A DNA stretch of 64,000 bases. Source: Solirubrobacterales bacterium (GTDB lineage Bacteria; Actinomycetota; Thermoleophilia; Solirubrobacterales; 70-9). This document shows positions 35,763 to 49,867 of the stretch, piece by piece. The notes under the pieces are model-generated. The model had not been told where the DNA came from, searched no databases, and saw only the letters and a list, made by a program, of their open reading frames with translations. Both the position numbers and the translations under genes were made by a program. Position 1 is the stretch's first letter. Each line of letters opens with the position of its first letter. The DNA lies in the NCBI GenBank assembly GCA_021155855.1, contig JAJNAZ010000016.1:2249-66248 (forward strand). The letters are read 5' to 3'.

Positions 35763-36326
35763 GTGGCGGGATTGGTTCTGATCGTCGGCCTCGGAAACCC
35801 CGGCCGCCGCTACGCGAACACGCGCCACAACATCGGCTTCGAGGTCGCCGCCGAGCTCGCGCGGCGCTGGGAGCTGCCGAAGGCGAAGCGAAAGTACCGC
35901 GGTCTGATCGCCGAGGGGCGCACGCGGCCCGGCGGCCCGCGGGTCGCGATCCTGCTGCCGCAGACCTACATGAACGAGTCCGGCGAGTCCGTGGGCCCTG
36001 CGCGCGGACAGCTCCGCGTGCCCCCGGACAGGATCGTCGTGCTCCACGACGAGATCGACCTCCCCTTCGGTGAGGTGCGCTCGAAGCTCGGCGGCGGCGT
36101 CGCCGGCCACAACGGGCTCAAGAGCCTCGAGCGCGGGCTCGGCAGCACCGACTTCTGGCGCGTGCGCGCCGGCGTCGGGCGTCCCGACTCGACCGATCCC
36201 GAGATCGTCTCCTCCCACGTCCTCGGCCGCTTCGACGAGTCCGAGGAGGAGGTCCGGGCACTGATCGAGGAGGCCGCCGACGAGACCGAGCGGCTGACCG
36301 ACAGAATCGCGGCCGGCGATGACTGA
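35763..36326 (+). CDS. pth: Peptidyl-tRNA hydrolase
   Basis: LIVGLGNPGRRYANTRHNIGF, PQTYMNESG, GHNGLKS. Confidence 0.95.
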   Translation: MAGLVLIVGLGNPGRRYANTRHNIGFEVAAELARRWELPKAKRKYRGLIAEGRTRPGGPRVAILLPQTYMNESGESVGPARGQLRVPPDRIVVLHDEIDLPFGEVRSKLGGGVAGHNGLKSLERGLGSTDFWRVRAGVGRPDSTDPEIVSSHVLGRFDESEEEVRALIEEAADETERLTDRIAAGDD

Positions 36327-37047
36327 GGGCACCCTGACCGCCTACTCCACCGACGAGGACGGCGTCTCCCTGCTACAGCTCGATCGTCCGGCGGCACGGA
36401 ACGCGATCAACACGCAGATGCTCGACGAGCTGCTCGCCCACACCGCCGCCGCGCGCGGGGACGACGCGGTTCGGGTCCTGGTCGTCTCCTCGACCGACCA
36501 CATGGGCCTCTCGGCGGGCGCCGACGTCCGCGAGCAGCTCGATCAGGAGGGCCGGGCGCGGCGGATGGAGCTCTTCGCGCGGCTCTACGACGAGCTCACC
36601 GGTTTCCCGAAGCCGACGATCGCGGCCTGCCACGGAGCCTGCGTCGGCGGCGGCGCCGAGATCGCGGTCGCCTGCGATTTGCGTGTCGGCGGCTCGAACC
36701 TACGGTTGCGCTTCCCCGGGGCCGCGCTCGGCGTCCCGGTCGGCCCGGCGCGCCTCGTCACCCTCTGCGGCCTCTCGATCGCCAAGTACCTGCTGCTGAC
36801 CTCGAAGGAGGTCGACGCCGACATGGCCTATCGCTGGGGCCTGATCCACAAGGTCGTCTCCGCGCCCCGCACCGAGGAGGCCGCGCTCCAGCTCGCCGCC
36901 CAGGTGGCCGCGCACCCGCCCGAGGCGGTCGCCCGGCTGAAGCGGATGCTGCACGAGTGGGACGACGTCGAGCGCCGCTCGAAGCTCGAGGGCGAGGGCC
37001 AGGTCGAGTGGCAGCGCTCCGGGCCCGGGCTGCCTTTCGGCGACTGA
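36319..37047 (+). CDS. Enoyl-CoA hydratase/isomerase (crotonase) family protein
   Basis: LQLDRPAARNAINTQMLDEL, GLSAGADV, ACHGACVGGGAEIAVACD. 8-nt overlap with pth. Confidence 0.8.
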   Translation: MTEGTLTAYSTDEDGVSLLQLDRPAARNAINTQMLDELLAHTAAARGDDAVRVLVVSSTDHMGLSAGADVREQLDQEGRARRMELFARLYDELTGFPKPTIAACHGACVGGGAEIAVACDLRVGGSNLRLRFPGAALGVPVGPARLVTLCGLSIAKYLLLTSKEVDADMAYRWGLIHKVVSAPRTEEAALQLAAQVAAHPPEAVARLKRMLHEWDDVERRSKLEGEGQVEWQRSGPGLPFGD

Positions 37048-37050
37048 CCG

Positions 37051-39195
37051 CTAGCCCGTTTCCCCGCGCTCGGCGTTGAGCTCTTCGACCACGTCGAACA
37101 GGTCGCCCTGGCGGTAGAAGTCGACCGCGATCAGGTTCGCGGTCAACTGACGCAGCCGCTCGCAGCGCCGGATCCGCTTGCTGAGCGCCTCGTCCGCGTT
37201 CACCTTCTCCGCGTTCGACGGCTTCGGCTGCGGGGTGGTGTCGACCCAGTGGTTGAGCAGGAACAGCGGTCCGTCGCCGTCGCCACGGTTCTCCTCACAG
37301 CTCTCGGCGAGCCGCTTGCCGTCGGTGAGCGCGTCCGGCTTCTTGAATGTGTACGGGGTTTCCTCGACCAGGCCCTCATACGCCTCGTGGTACCAGGGGA
37401 TCGAGCCGTGACCGGCGTCGTTCTCGGCCATCATCAGCACCCGCCCGCCCGAGTCGATCATCTCTTGCAGCGTCGGCAGCGGGTCCAGTGGTCCGTCGTA
37501 TACGTAGTCGATCAGCCCCGAGCCCTCGACCGCGACGGCGATGTCGCGCGGCTTCACGTAGTCCTCGATCACGATCACCAGGACCTCGTCGCCGTTCACG
37601 GCGAGGAAGTCGCGGTACTCGCGAAAGGCGGTCTCGATCGGGATCGCGCCGAGCTCGCAGAAGCGGTGGCAGAGGTAGACCTGCCGCGGGCCGGTCGGTT
37701 TCGAGTTCACCACCCGGTCGCGGAGCCGCAGCGCCGCATCGAGCCCCTCCGGGCCGAGCGTCTTCACATATTCCGCGCGCTCTCCGCCGGCGAGTTCGGA
37801 GAGGTCGGTCTTCACCTTGCCGCTCTCGGTCGGCTGGCCGTAATGGGCGTCGATCAAGAGCCCGCGGACACCGTCCTCGAGCTGATCGACGAACCCGGCG
37901 TCCTGCTGTCCGAGCAGCCAGTCCTTGTTCGTGACCGCCGACATCGCGTTGTGGGTCGCCGGCACGGCGACCTCGTCGAGGGGGCGATCGCAGAGCTCGC
38001 GCGAGCCGTTGCAGCCCACCGTCTCGATCGCCTCGGCGGATTCGCTGGTGCCGCCGGTGGCGACGAAGATCGCGCCCCCGACGATGATCAGCCCGGATGC
38101 GATCGCCGCGGCGATCAACGTGCGACGCCCGCGGGTCATCTCCGCGGCGCGCTGCTCCTCGGTCGGCGGCGCGATCGTGATCCTGAGGATCTCCGAGACC
38201 CCGGCGTAGGCGATGTAGAGGCCGGCGAGCAGCCCGAGCAGGTGGATGAACCCGTCCGGCTGGATCACGATCAGCACGCCGACGAGGACCAGGCCAAGCG
38301 CGCGCACGACCCGGACCGAGGTTCGCTCCGGCGTCCTCGTGATCGTCTCCCAGGCGCGGCGCAATGGAGCTTCGACGTCGACCGGGCGCAGCAACGACGA
38401 GGCGGCCGCCGAGATCACCGCCCCGCAGGCGGCGAAGATGTAGAGCCCGTCGCGCAGGTCGCGCAGGTAGGCATCCCAGATCGCCTCGGCGGCGTCGCGG
38501 ACGCCGGTGTCGTCGATCCGGCCGAGGAGAACTTCCCTGATCACCCCGAGCCCGACCGCGGCGACCACGCCGCAGCCGACGACCGCGATCCCGAAGGTGA
38601 GCAGCGTGCGGCGCCGATCGCGCGAGCGCCAGAGCGCGATCGCGCCCAGGACGAGGCCGAGGGCGAGCAGGAACAGGGCGAGGCCGCCGAGGTCGTGACC
38701 GGCCTGGGCCAGGTCGGTGAGCCAACCGGGGGGCTCGATCCCGGCCACATCGACGTCGGCGCCGGCGCCGATGTCCTTCGCGACCCGTGGTGCGAGCGCC
38801 TGCAGCGCCCCCCGCAGGACGACGCCGAGGTCGGCGAGCGTCAGCGTCGCGCTGTTCTGGTTGTCCTCGAAGAGCGCGCTGTGGACATCGCGGACCGCGG
38901 TGTGAAACAGGTCTTGGAACACCCCCGCGCCGACCAGACCCTCGACCACGCCCTCGATCACGGGCCGGAACCCGACCAGGTCCGCCTGGGCGTTGAGGAC
39001 CAGATCGTCGGTCACCCGCCGCCCGATCTCGGCCTGGACCGCGTCGTCATTGAGGGCTGTCGTCGCGCGCGCCGAGAACTCGTCGGAGTCGAACAGCGTT
39101 ATCCGGGCATAACCGGTGACCAGTCCAAGGAGCAGCGCCAGTGCCGCCAGGACTGCGAGCACCGGCGCGCCCCGCACTCGCGCGCGGTCGGCCAT
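37051..39195 (-). CDS. Polytopic membrane protein with a C-terminal PI-PLC-X-like (PLC-like phosphodiesterase TIM-barrel) domain
   Basis: The N-terminal ~430 aa carries several TM helices. The C-terminal half has PATHNAMS ... QLEDGVRGLLIDAHY ... LNHWVD ... IAVDFY, which resembles the PLCXD-type catalytic His / Arg-Asp pattern. Start chosen at ATG 39195. Confidence 0.6.
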   Translation of the reverse strand: MADRARVRGAPVLAVLAALALLLGLVTGYARITLFDSDEFSARATTALNDDAVQAEIGRRVTDDLVLNAQADLVGFRPVIEGVVEGLVGAGVFQDLFHTAVRDVHSALFEDNQNSATLTLADLGVVLRGALQALAPRVAKDIGAGADVDVAGIEPPGWLTDLAQAGHDLGGLALFLLALGLVLGAIALWRSRDRRRTLLTFGIAVVGCGVVAAVGLGVIREVLLGRIDDTGVRDAAEAIWDAYLRDLRDGLYIFAACGAVISAAASSLLRPVDVEAPLRRAWETITRTPERTSVRVVRALGLVLVGVLIVIQPDGFIHLLGLLAGLYIAYAGVSEILRITIAPPTEEQRAAEMTRGRRTLIAAAIASGLIIVGGAIFVATGGTSESAEAIETVGCNGSRELCDRPLDEVAVPATHNAMSAVTNKDWLLGQQDAGFVDQLEDGVRGLLIDAHYGQPTESGKVKTDLSELAGGERAEYVKTLGPEGLDAALRLRDRVVNSKPTGPRQVYLCHRFCELGAIPIETAFREYRDFLAVNGDEVLVIVIEDYVKPRDIAVAVEGSGLIDYVYDGPLDPLPTLQEMIDSGGRVLMMAENDAGHGSIPWYHEAYEGLVEETPYTFKKPDALTDGKRLAESCEENRGDGDGPLFLLNHWVDTTPQPKPSNAEKVNADEALSKRIRRCERLRQLTANLIAVDFYRQGDLFDVVEELNAERGETG

Positions 39196-39280
39196 CGCGC
39201 GCAGCCTACCTCCGCGGGTGGTTGCTCCAACGGGCCGGCGAGCCGGCTTTCGTAGCATCGATGGCCGACTGCTCAGGTCA

Positions 39281-42696
<3,416 letters not shown>

Positions 42697-42700
<4 letters not shown>

Positions 42701-44118
42701 GTCCGCAGGGAAAGAAGGGCAGGCCCGCGGCGCCTGCGCGCGCCGACCGCGGCCGCCGGCATACGCTCGTGGCGCTGGCCGTGTTCGCGGTCTTCGTCGT
42801 CGGCTCGTTCATCGTCGCCGCGGTCGCTCAGGGCATCGGCGGCCCGAGCGTCCCCGACGATGCGGTCGCCGTCGTCGAGGATGCGCCCGACGGGACGATC
42901 ACGACCGAGGACTTCGACCGCGCGCTCGAGCAGACCGCCGCCCGCCAGGGTCTGCCCGAGGTGCCGCCCAGCGACGATCCGCAGTACGAGCCGCTCGCCG
43001 ACGCCGCCGTCTCGGATTTGATCCTCTCCCGCTGGGTGCTCGGCGAGGCGGAGGATCGCGGGATCGAGGTCACCGATCGCGAGATCGACGAGGAGCTCGA
43101 GAACGTCAAGGAGCAGCAGTTCGGCTCCGAGAAGGAGTTCCAGCGATTCCTCGACCAGTCCGGGTTCACCCTGGAGGAGGCGCGCGAGCGAATCGCGCTG
43201 CAGCTGATCTCCGACCGGATCCAGATGGCGGTGCTGCCTCAGGAGCCCGAGATCGACGAGGACGAGATCCAGACCTTCTACGACGAGAACATCACCCAGT
43301 TCGAGCAGCCGGAGACACGCGACGTGCGGGTGATCCTGACCCGCGACGAGGCCGACGCCGACGACGCGGCGGCGGCGCTCGCGGAGGATTCCTCCCCGAA
43401 GGGGTTCGAGGAGGTGGCGAGGGAGTTCTCGATCGACGAGGCGACGAAGAGCGCCGGCGGCCTGCGCGAGGCCGTGGTCGAGGGCCAGTCCGAGCCGGCG
43501 CTCGAGGAGCAGATCTTCAACGCTCCCGAGGGCGAGCTGGTCGGGCCGTTCGAGAGCGAGCAGGGCTTCTATTTGATCCAGGTCGAGGCCATCAATGCCG
43601 CCGAGACCACGCCGCTCGCCGACGCCACCGAGCAGATCACCCAGACGCTCGCATCGGCCCGCCAGCAGCAGATCGCGCAGGCGTTCCAGGAGGACTTCCA
43701 GACGAAGTGGGTTGCGCGAACCGTCTGCGCCGACGACTTCCGCATCGACCGCTGCTCGAACGCGGAGCCGCTCCCCAGCCCCTGCACCGAGGAGGTCGCC
43801 GAGACGCAGGGGTGCGACGCCCCGGTCGCCTCGACCCGTCCGATCGCCCCCGGAACCGCGGGCGTCTTCGGCGCCCCGGCGCCGACGGGCCTGCCCCAGG
43901 GCCCGATCAGCCCGGCGCCGGCGACGCCTCCCGGCGGGCTCCCGCCGGGCCTGAGTCCCGTCCCCGGCGCACCGCCGGGCACCGTGCCCCCTGGCACCGC
44001 ACCGCCTGGCACCGCGCCGCCTGGCGCCGCGCCGCCTGGCACCGCGCCGCCTGGCACCGCGCCGCCTGGCACCGCGCCGCCGGGCACCGCGCCACCCGGC
44101 ACCCCGCCGGGCGGCTGA
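42697..44118 (+). CDS. Membrane-anchored SurA/PrsA-like parvulin peptidyl-prolyl isomerase with a (PPGTA)n C-terminal tail
   Basis: N-terminal TM, then a SurA_N-like region and a parvulin domain: VRVILTRDEADAD...FSIDEATKSAGGL...GELVGPFESEQGFYLIQV. GTGA overlap with mfd. Confidence 0.8.
43966..44115 (+). repeat. About ten tandem 15-bp coding repeats (consensus ggcaccgcgccgcct) encoding PPGTA pentapeptides
   Basis: Read directly. Protein tail: PPGTVPPGTAPPGTAPPGAAPPGTAPPGTAPPGTAPPGTAPPGTPPGG. Confidence 0.9.
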
Positions 44119-44128
44119 GCCGCTCCCG

Positions 44129-44785
44129 ATGGCGGCGGACGAGCGTGGCGGGTCGGTGAGCGACCCGCGTGCAGCGCTCGCCGCGCTCGAGCGCCTCGAC
44201 CTGATCACCCGCCGGCTGCGCCGTGAGTGTCCCTGGGACCGCGAGCAGGACGAGCGCTCGATCGTCCCACACACGGTCGAGGAGGCCTACGAGCTCGCCG
44301 ACGCGGCCCACCGTGGCGACGACGACAAGATTCGCGACGAGCTCGGCGACGTGCTGTTTCAGGTGCTCTTCCTCTCCCTGCTGCTCGAGGAGCGCGGCGC
44401 CGGCTCGCTCGCCGGCGTCGCCGAGGGCATGTCCGAGAAGCTGATCCGCCGCCATCCGCACGTCTTCGGCGAGGCCGAGGCGGAGACGGCGAATGAGGTG
44501 CTGCGCAACTGGGACCAGATCAAGCGCAAGGTCGAGGGCCGGGGCGCCGGCGACCCGTTCGCCGACGTCCCCGAGAACCTCCCGGGCCTGCTCTACGCCC
44601 GCAAGATCCTTCGCCGCGCCGACCCGGAGGGCGGCGCGGCGGCCGACCGCGAGCGCCGCGACGCCGACGAGGCGGAGATCGGCGAGCGGCTGCTCGAGAC
44701 CGTCGCCCGCGCCCGCAGCCTCGGCGTCGACCCGGAACTGGCCTTGCGCGCCGCGGCAAACCGCTTTCGCGACGCTCAGCGCTGA
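44129..44785 (+). CDS. mazG: MazG-type nucleoside triphosphate pyrophosphohydrolase
   Basis: CPWDREQDERSIVPHTVEEAYELADA, ELGDVLFQVLFLS, RRHPHVF. Confidence 0.9.
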   Translation: MAADERGGSVSDPRAALAALERLDLITRRLRRECPWDREQDERSIVPHTVEEAYELADAAHRGDDDKIRDELGDVLFQVLFLSLLLEERGAGSLAGVAEGMSEKLIRRHPHVFGEAEAETANEVLRNWDQIKRKVEGRGAGDPFADVPENLPGLLYARKILRRADPEGGAAADRERRDADEAEIGERLLETVARARSLGVDPELALRAAANRFRDAQR

Positions 44786-44807
44786 CCGGCACCGGGGGCA
44801 GCGCGCT

Positions 44808-44850
44808 TGACCCCGGGGTTTGTTTCGGTATGCGGAACATTGGCCCGGGT
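44808..44850. repeat. Degenerate copy (B) of the ~43-bp hairpin element; left direct repeat flanking the DUF559 gene
   Basis: tgaccccggggtttGTTTCGgtatgCGgAACattggcccgggt aligns with 45682-45724. Shared blocks are tgaccccgg, gtttcggtatgcg, aac and ttggcc. Confidence 0.75.
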
Positions 44851-45684
44851 CCCGACGCGGCGGTGGCAGAGATCGCCGCTGACCAGCACGGCGTCATCCA
44901 CATCGTCCAGCTTCTGGCTGTCGGCCTGAGCCGCGCCGGGGTCGCGCGCCGGGCCGCGGCGGGCAGGCTGCATCCCGTCCACCACGGCGTCTACGCCGTC
45001 GGCCACCCGGGCCTCGAGCCTCGCGGCCGCTGGAAGGCGGCGACGCTCGCGCTGGGGCCCGCAGCCGTGCTCAGTCACCGCAGCGCAGCGGAGCTCTGGA
45101 GGATGCTGCCCGAGAGCGGCCACGTCCCGAACGTGACCGTCCCGGGCGGCGGCGATCGGTCACGACGGCGCGGGATCCACGCCCATCGGTCGACCTCGCT
45201 GGTCAGGGCGGAGGCGACGATGCGCGACGGGATCCCGGTGACGACCCCGGCGCGGACGCTCGCCGACCTGCGTCGCACCGCGCCGTCCGCGCTCGTCCGC
45301 AAGGCGCGGCGGGAGGCCGAGTACCTGCGCCTGCCGCTGGCGGCCGCCGATCGCGGCGACGGCACCGCGAGCGGCCTGGAACACGCCTTCCTCCGCTTGT
45401 GCCGTCGCCATCGACTACCCGAGCCCGAGGTGAATGTCCGGATCGACCGCTACACGGTCGACTTCCTCTGGCGCCCGCAACGGCTTGTGGCCGAGCTCGA
45501 TGGCTACCGCGCGCACAGCGGCTGGCAGGCATTCCAGGACGATCACATGCGCGACACCCGACTCGCCGCACGCGGCTATTACGTGCAGCGATTCAGCGAC
45601 TGGCAGATCGACAGCGAGCCGGACACGGTGATCCGGACGGTTCGCGCGCTCATCCACCGTCTCACGCCCGCCCGGGTGGTGTGA
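44830..45684 (+). CDS. DUF559 (Vsr/MutH-like endonuclease fold) domain protein
   Basis: N-terminus IAADQHGVIHIVQLLAVGLSRAGVARRAAAGRLHPVHHGVYAVG. C-terminus RIDRYTVDFLWRPQRLVAELDGYRAH...RDTRLAARGYYVQRF is the typical DUF559 core. The ATG at 44830 lies inside the repeat element; GTG 44863 is an alternative start. Confidence 0.75.
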   Translation: MRNIGPGPDAAVAEIAADQHGVIHIVQLLAVGLSRAGVARRAAAGRLHPVHHGVYAVGHPGLEPRGRWKAATLALGPAAVLSHRSAAELWRMLPESGHVPNVTVPGGGDRSRRRGIHAHRSTSLVRAEATMRDGIPVTTPARTLADLRRTAPSALVRKARREAEYLRLPLAAADRGDGTASGLEHAFLRLCRRHRLPEPEVNVRIDRYTVDFLWRPQRLVAELDGYRAHSGWQAFQDDHMRDTRLAARGYYVQRFSDWQIDSEPDTVIRTVRALIHRLTPARVV

Positions 45685-45725
45685 CCCCGGCCAATGTTTC
45701 GGTATGCGAAACGTTGGCCGGGGGT
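45682..45725. repeat. Intact copy (C) of the hairpin element: 17-bp stem / 5-nt loop, ~45 nt upstream of the eno start
   Basis: CCCCGGCCAATGTTTCG-gtatg-CGAAACGTTGGCCGGGG (45685-45723) has 16 Watson-Crick pairs plus one G-T. It begins at the DUF559 stop codon. Confidence 0.85.
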
Positions 45726-45749
45726 GGCGATAGCGGTCGCGCCCGCTAG

Positions 45750-47075
<1,326 letters not shown>

Positions 47076-47120
47076 GCCGCGGCGGAAGGTTCGCGCGCCC
47101 GGCCGCCGAACCCTTACGCC

Positions 47121-47477
47121 ATGAGCGCACGCAGCCAGGCGGCCCGCGGCTACCGCGTGCGTCCCGCACCGAGGGCGCGGCGGCGCGGCCGCCCCGCGAG
47201 CCGGATCCACTGGGACAAGGTCGGCCGGGTCGCGCTGGTGCTCGTCCTCGCGGCGGTCCTCGTCTCCTACGTCAGCCCGGCGATCAACTTCCTCGACGCC
47301 TGGCAGGACTCGCGCACCGAGCACGGCGCCCTCGAGGAGCTGCGGGAGGAGAACGCAAAGCTGCGCCAGCGGGTCACCACCCTCGATGGCGAGGATGCCG
47401 CCGAGCGCGGCGCTCGCAAGAACGGCATGGTCGCAGAGGGCGAGGCCTCCTACGTGATCCGCGGCCTGGGACGATAG
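47121..47477 (+). CDS. Septum formation initiator (FtsB/DivIC) family protein
   Basis: Arg-rich N-terminus, a single TM (VALVLVLAAVLVSYV), then the coiled-coil ALEELREENAKLRQRVTTL. Same position after eno as in other actinobacteria. Confidence 0.75.
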   Translation: MSARSQAARGYRVRPAPRARRRGRPASRIHWDKVGRVALVLVLAAVLVSYVSPAINFLDAWQDSRTEHGALEELREENAKLRQRVTTLDGEDAAERGARKNGMVAEGEASYVIRGLGR

Positions 47478-47580
47478 GCGCCGTCCACAAGGTCCGCCGC
47501 GGGCGCCGCTCGCCGATCGGTTACGCGCTCGTAGGCGCCATTCTCGATCCGCCGGCCGGTCACCCGGCTGGAGGTGGGGC

Positions 47581-49860
47581 GTGAGCCCGGGGTTCAGCTT
47601 CGCGCCCGCGTCCGAGCGGGCGCTGGACGCCGGCGCCTACCTGCTCGGCTCGCTCGAGCTGGCGCTGATCGTCGGCGCGGTCGCGCTCGCCGCTTGGCGG
47701 GTGCGGGCGACGATCCTGCCGGGCTGGCGAGGCGCGCCGGCGCGGCTGGCCGAGTCGGTGCTCGCGACCGCCGCCCTGATTTGGCTCGCCGAGGCGTTGG
47801 GCACCTTCGGCGTCTATGGGGAGGCGTCGATGATCGTCGCCTGCCTCGCGCTCGCCGGGCTCTGCCTCGTCGTCTGCGGGCGACTCGACCTCCGCCGTGG
47901 GCCGGGCCCGGCCCCTACCCCGCCCGCCCCGCCGGCGGCCCGGATCGCGATCTGGCTCGCCGCCGCGGCCTGCGCCGTGGTCGCCGCCGCCTGGATGGTG
48001 CCCACGCTCGGCAGCCTCGCCGGCGGCATGGACCGCGCCGACTCGCTCTGGTACCACATGCCGCTCTCGGCCCGGTACGCCGCCGACGGCGACCTCGGCG
48101 CGATCGACTACTTCGACCCGATCTTCTTCGCCTCTTACTACCCGGCGAATTCGGAGGTCCTGCACTCGGTGCCGCTGCTCGGCTACGGGCGCGACATCCT
48201 CTCGCCGCTGCTCAACCTCGGCTTCCTCGCCCTCGGCCTGCTCGCCGCCTACTGCATCGGCCGTCCCTACGGCCTCGGCCCGCAGAGCCTGATCGGCGGC
48301 GCGATTGCCCTCGGCGCCCAGATGCTGATCGAGTTCCAGGCCGGCGAGGCGCTCAACGACATCGTCGGCGTCGCGTTCGTGCTCGCGGCGGTGGCGGTTC
48401 TGGTCAATGAAGGGGCGGCGAGGGCGTCGCGGGCCCTCTCGGGCGCGGAGGCAGTTGGTCGATTTTCGCGTCTCAGGGACGCAAGATTCGCCCGACCATC
48501 GCTCGGGGCGCCGGCTCTTGCGGTCGCCGGGATCGCCGCGGGCCTCGCGGCGGGGACGAAGCTCTCGTTCCTGGCCCCCGTAATCGCCCTGTTCGTGGCC
48601 CTGATCGTGATCGCGGGGCGCGGGGCGCGGCTGCGGACCGGGGCGGTGTTCGGGATCGCCGCCTTCGCCGCAGGTGGCTACTGGTTCGTGCGCAACCTGG
48701 TCGCGGTCGGAAACCCGATCCCCTACACCGGCTTCGGGCCGCTCGGCCTGCCGGCGCCCGAGCGCGCCTTCGAGCTGCGGCCCGGCAACTCGGTCTTTCA
48801 CTACTGGAACGACACCGAGGTCTGGTCGGACTGGTTCTTCCCCGGGCTCGAGGAGTCGTTCGGCGTCCTCTGGCCGCTGACGATCGCCGCCTTCCTCGGC
48901 GCCGGCGTGTACGCGCTCTGGCGCGGCTCGGAGCCGCTCGTGCGGGCGCTCGGGGCGGTGGTCCTGTTCACGGCGATCGCCTACGTCTTCACCCCGCTCA
49001 CCGCCGCCGGCGAGGAGGGCATGCCGATCGCCTTCGAATGGAACGTCCGCTACATCGCGCCCGCGGCCGCCGTCGGCCTGGCGCTGCTCCCCTGCCTGCC
49101 GATCGCGCGTGCCGGCGAGCGCGCCCGGCGCCTCACCCTGGCCGGGCTCTGCGTCCTGTTCGCGGCCACCACGGTCTCGCTCGTGCAGTGGCAGCAGGGA
49201 CACGTCAAGGGCGCCGTCGCGGCCGGGATCGGGGTGCTGGTCGGCTTCGCGCTCATCCGCTGGCTGCTCGACCGCGGCCTGATCGGCCCCGGCGCACCGC
49301 GGGGGTGGGCGGTCGCGGTCGCCGGCGTGGTCGCGATCGGCGCGCTGGGCGCCGGCTGGTGGGAGCAGAACCACTATCTCGAGCGCCGCTACGAGAAGCT
49401 GAGCCCGCAGCTGCGGCTCGCCGACGCGGCTCGCTGGAGCCGCGACCTGCGCGACGCGAAGGTCGCCGTGAGCGGTGTCCGCGGCGTCTTCAACCAGTAT
49501 CCGTTCTATGGCACCGACCTCTCCAACGAGGTCCAGTGGCTGGGCGAGGAGGGCCCCGACGGCGCCTTCCTACGGATCGCCGACTGCGCCTCCTGGCGCC
49601 GGGCGCTGGCCGACGGCGGCTACACCCATGTCGTCACCACCTATGACCCGTTTTTGCCCGGCCGGCTCACCGACACCAAGGAGGGGTTGTGGACGCGCGA
49701 CGACCCGGCCGCGCGCGAGATCCTTCGCGACGGACCAGTGAGCGTGTTCGAGCTCGAGGGCCCGCCCGACCCGGACGCCTGCGGCGATCTCCCCGACCTC
49801 AGCCCGGCGGAGCTCAACGGCGACTCGGTCAACGCCGAGCCGACCGCCAATCAACCCTGA
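47581..49860 (+). CDS. Large polytopic membrane protein, GT-C-fold glycosyltransferase-like (PMT/ArnT-like), with a soluble C-terminal domain
   Basis: 759 aa with more than 12 hydrophobic segments. The first-loop acidic/His motif is MDRADSLWYH. The C-terminal ~170 aa is hydrophilic. GGAGG lies 7 nt before GTG 47581. The family assignment comes from architecture only. Confidence 0.55.
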   Translation: MSPGFSFAPASERALDAGAYLLGSLELALIVGAVALAAWRVRATILPGWRGAPARLAESVLATAALIWLAEALGTFGVYGEASMIVACLALAGLCLVVCGRLDLRRGPGPAPTPPAPPAARIAIWLAAAACAVVAAAWMVPTLGSLAGGMDRADSLWYHMPLSARYAADGDLGAIDYFDPIFFASYYPANSEVLHSVPLLGYGRDILSPLLNLGFLALGLLAAYCIGRPYGLGPQSLIGGAIALGAQMLIEFQAGEALNDIVGVAFVLAAVAVLVNEGAARASRALSGAEAVGRFSRLRDARFARPSLGAPALAVAGIAAGLAAGTKLSFLAPVIALFVALIVIAGRGARLRTGAVFGIAAFAAGGYWFVRNLVAVGNPIPYTGFGPLGLPAPERAFELRPGNSVFHYWNDTEVWSDWFFPGLEESFGVLWPLTIAAFLGAGVYALWRGSEPLVRALGAVVLFTAIAYVFTPLTAAGEEGMPIAFEWNVRYIAPAAAVGLALLPCLPIARAGERARRLTLAGLCVLFAATTVSLVQWQQGHVKGAVAAGIGVLVGFALIRWLLDRGLIGPGAPRGWAVAVAGVVAIGALGAGWWEQNHYLERRYEKLSPQLRLADAARWSRDLRDAKVAVSGVRGVFNQYPFYGTDLSNEVQWLGEEGPDGAFLRIADCASWRRALADGGYTHVVTTYDPFLPGRLTDTKEGLWTRDDPAAREILRDGPVSVFELEGPPDPDACGDLPDLSPAELNGDSVNAEPTANQP

Positions 49861-49867
49861 ACCGACC

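Noticed and set aside
43966-44115. Regular short repeats that could be mistaken for a CRISPR array.
   Set aside because: The period is 15 bp with no spacers and lies entirely inside a coding frame encoding PPGTA pentapeptides. No cas genes are present in the window.
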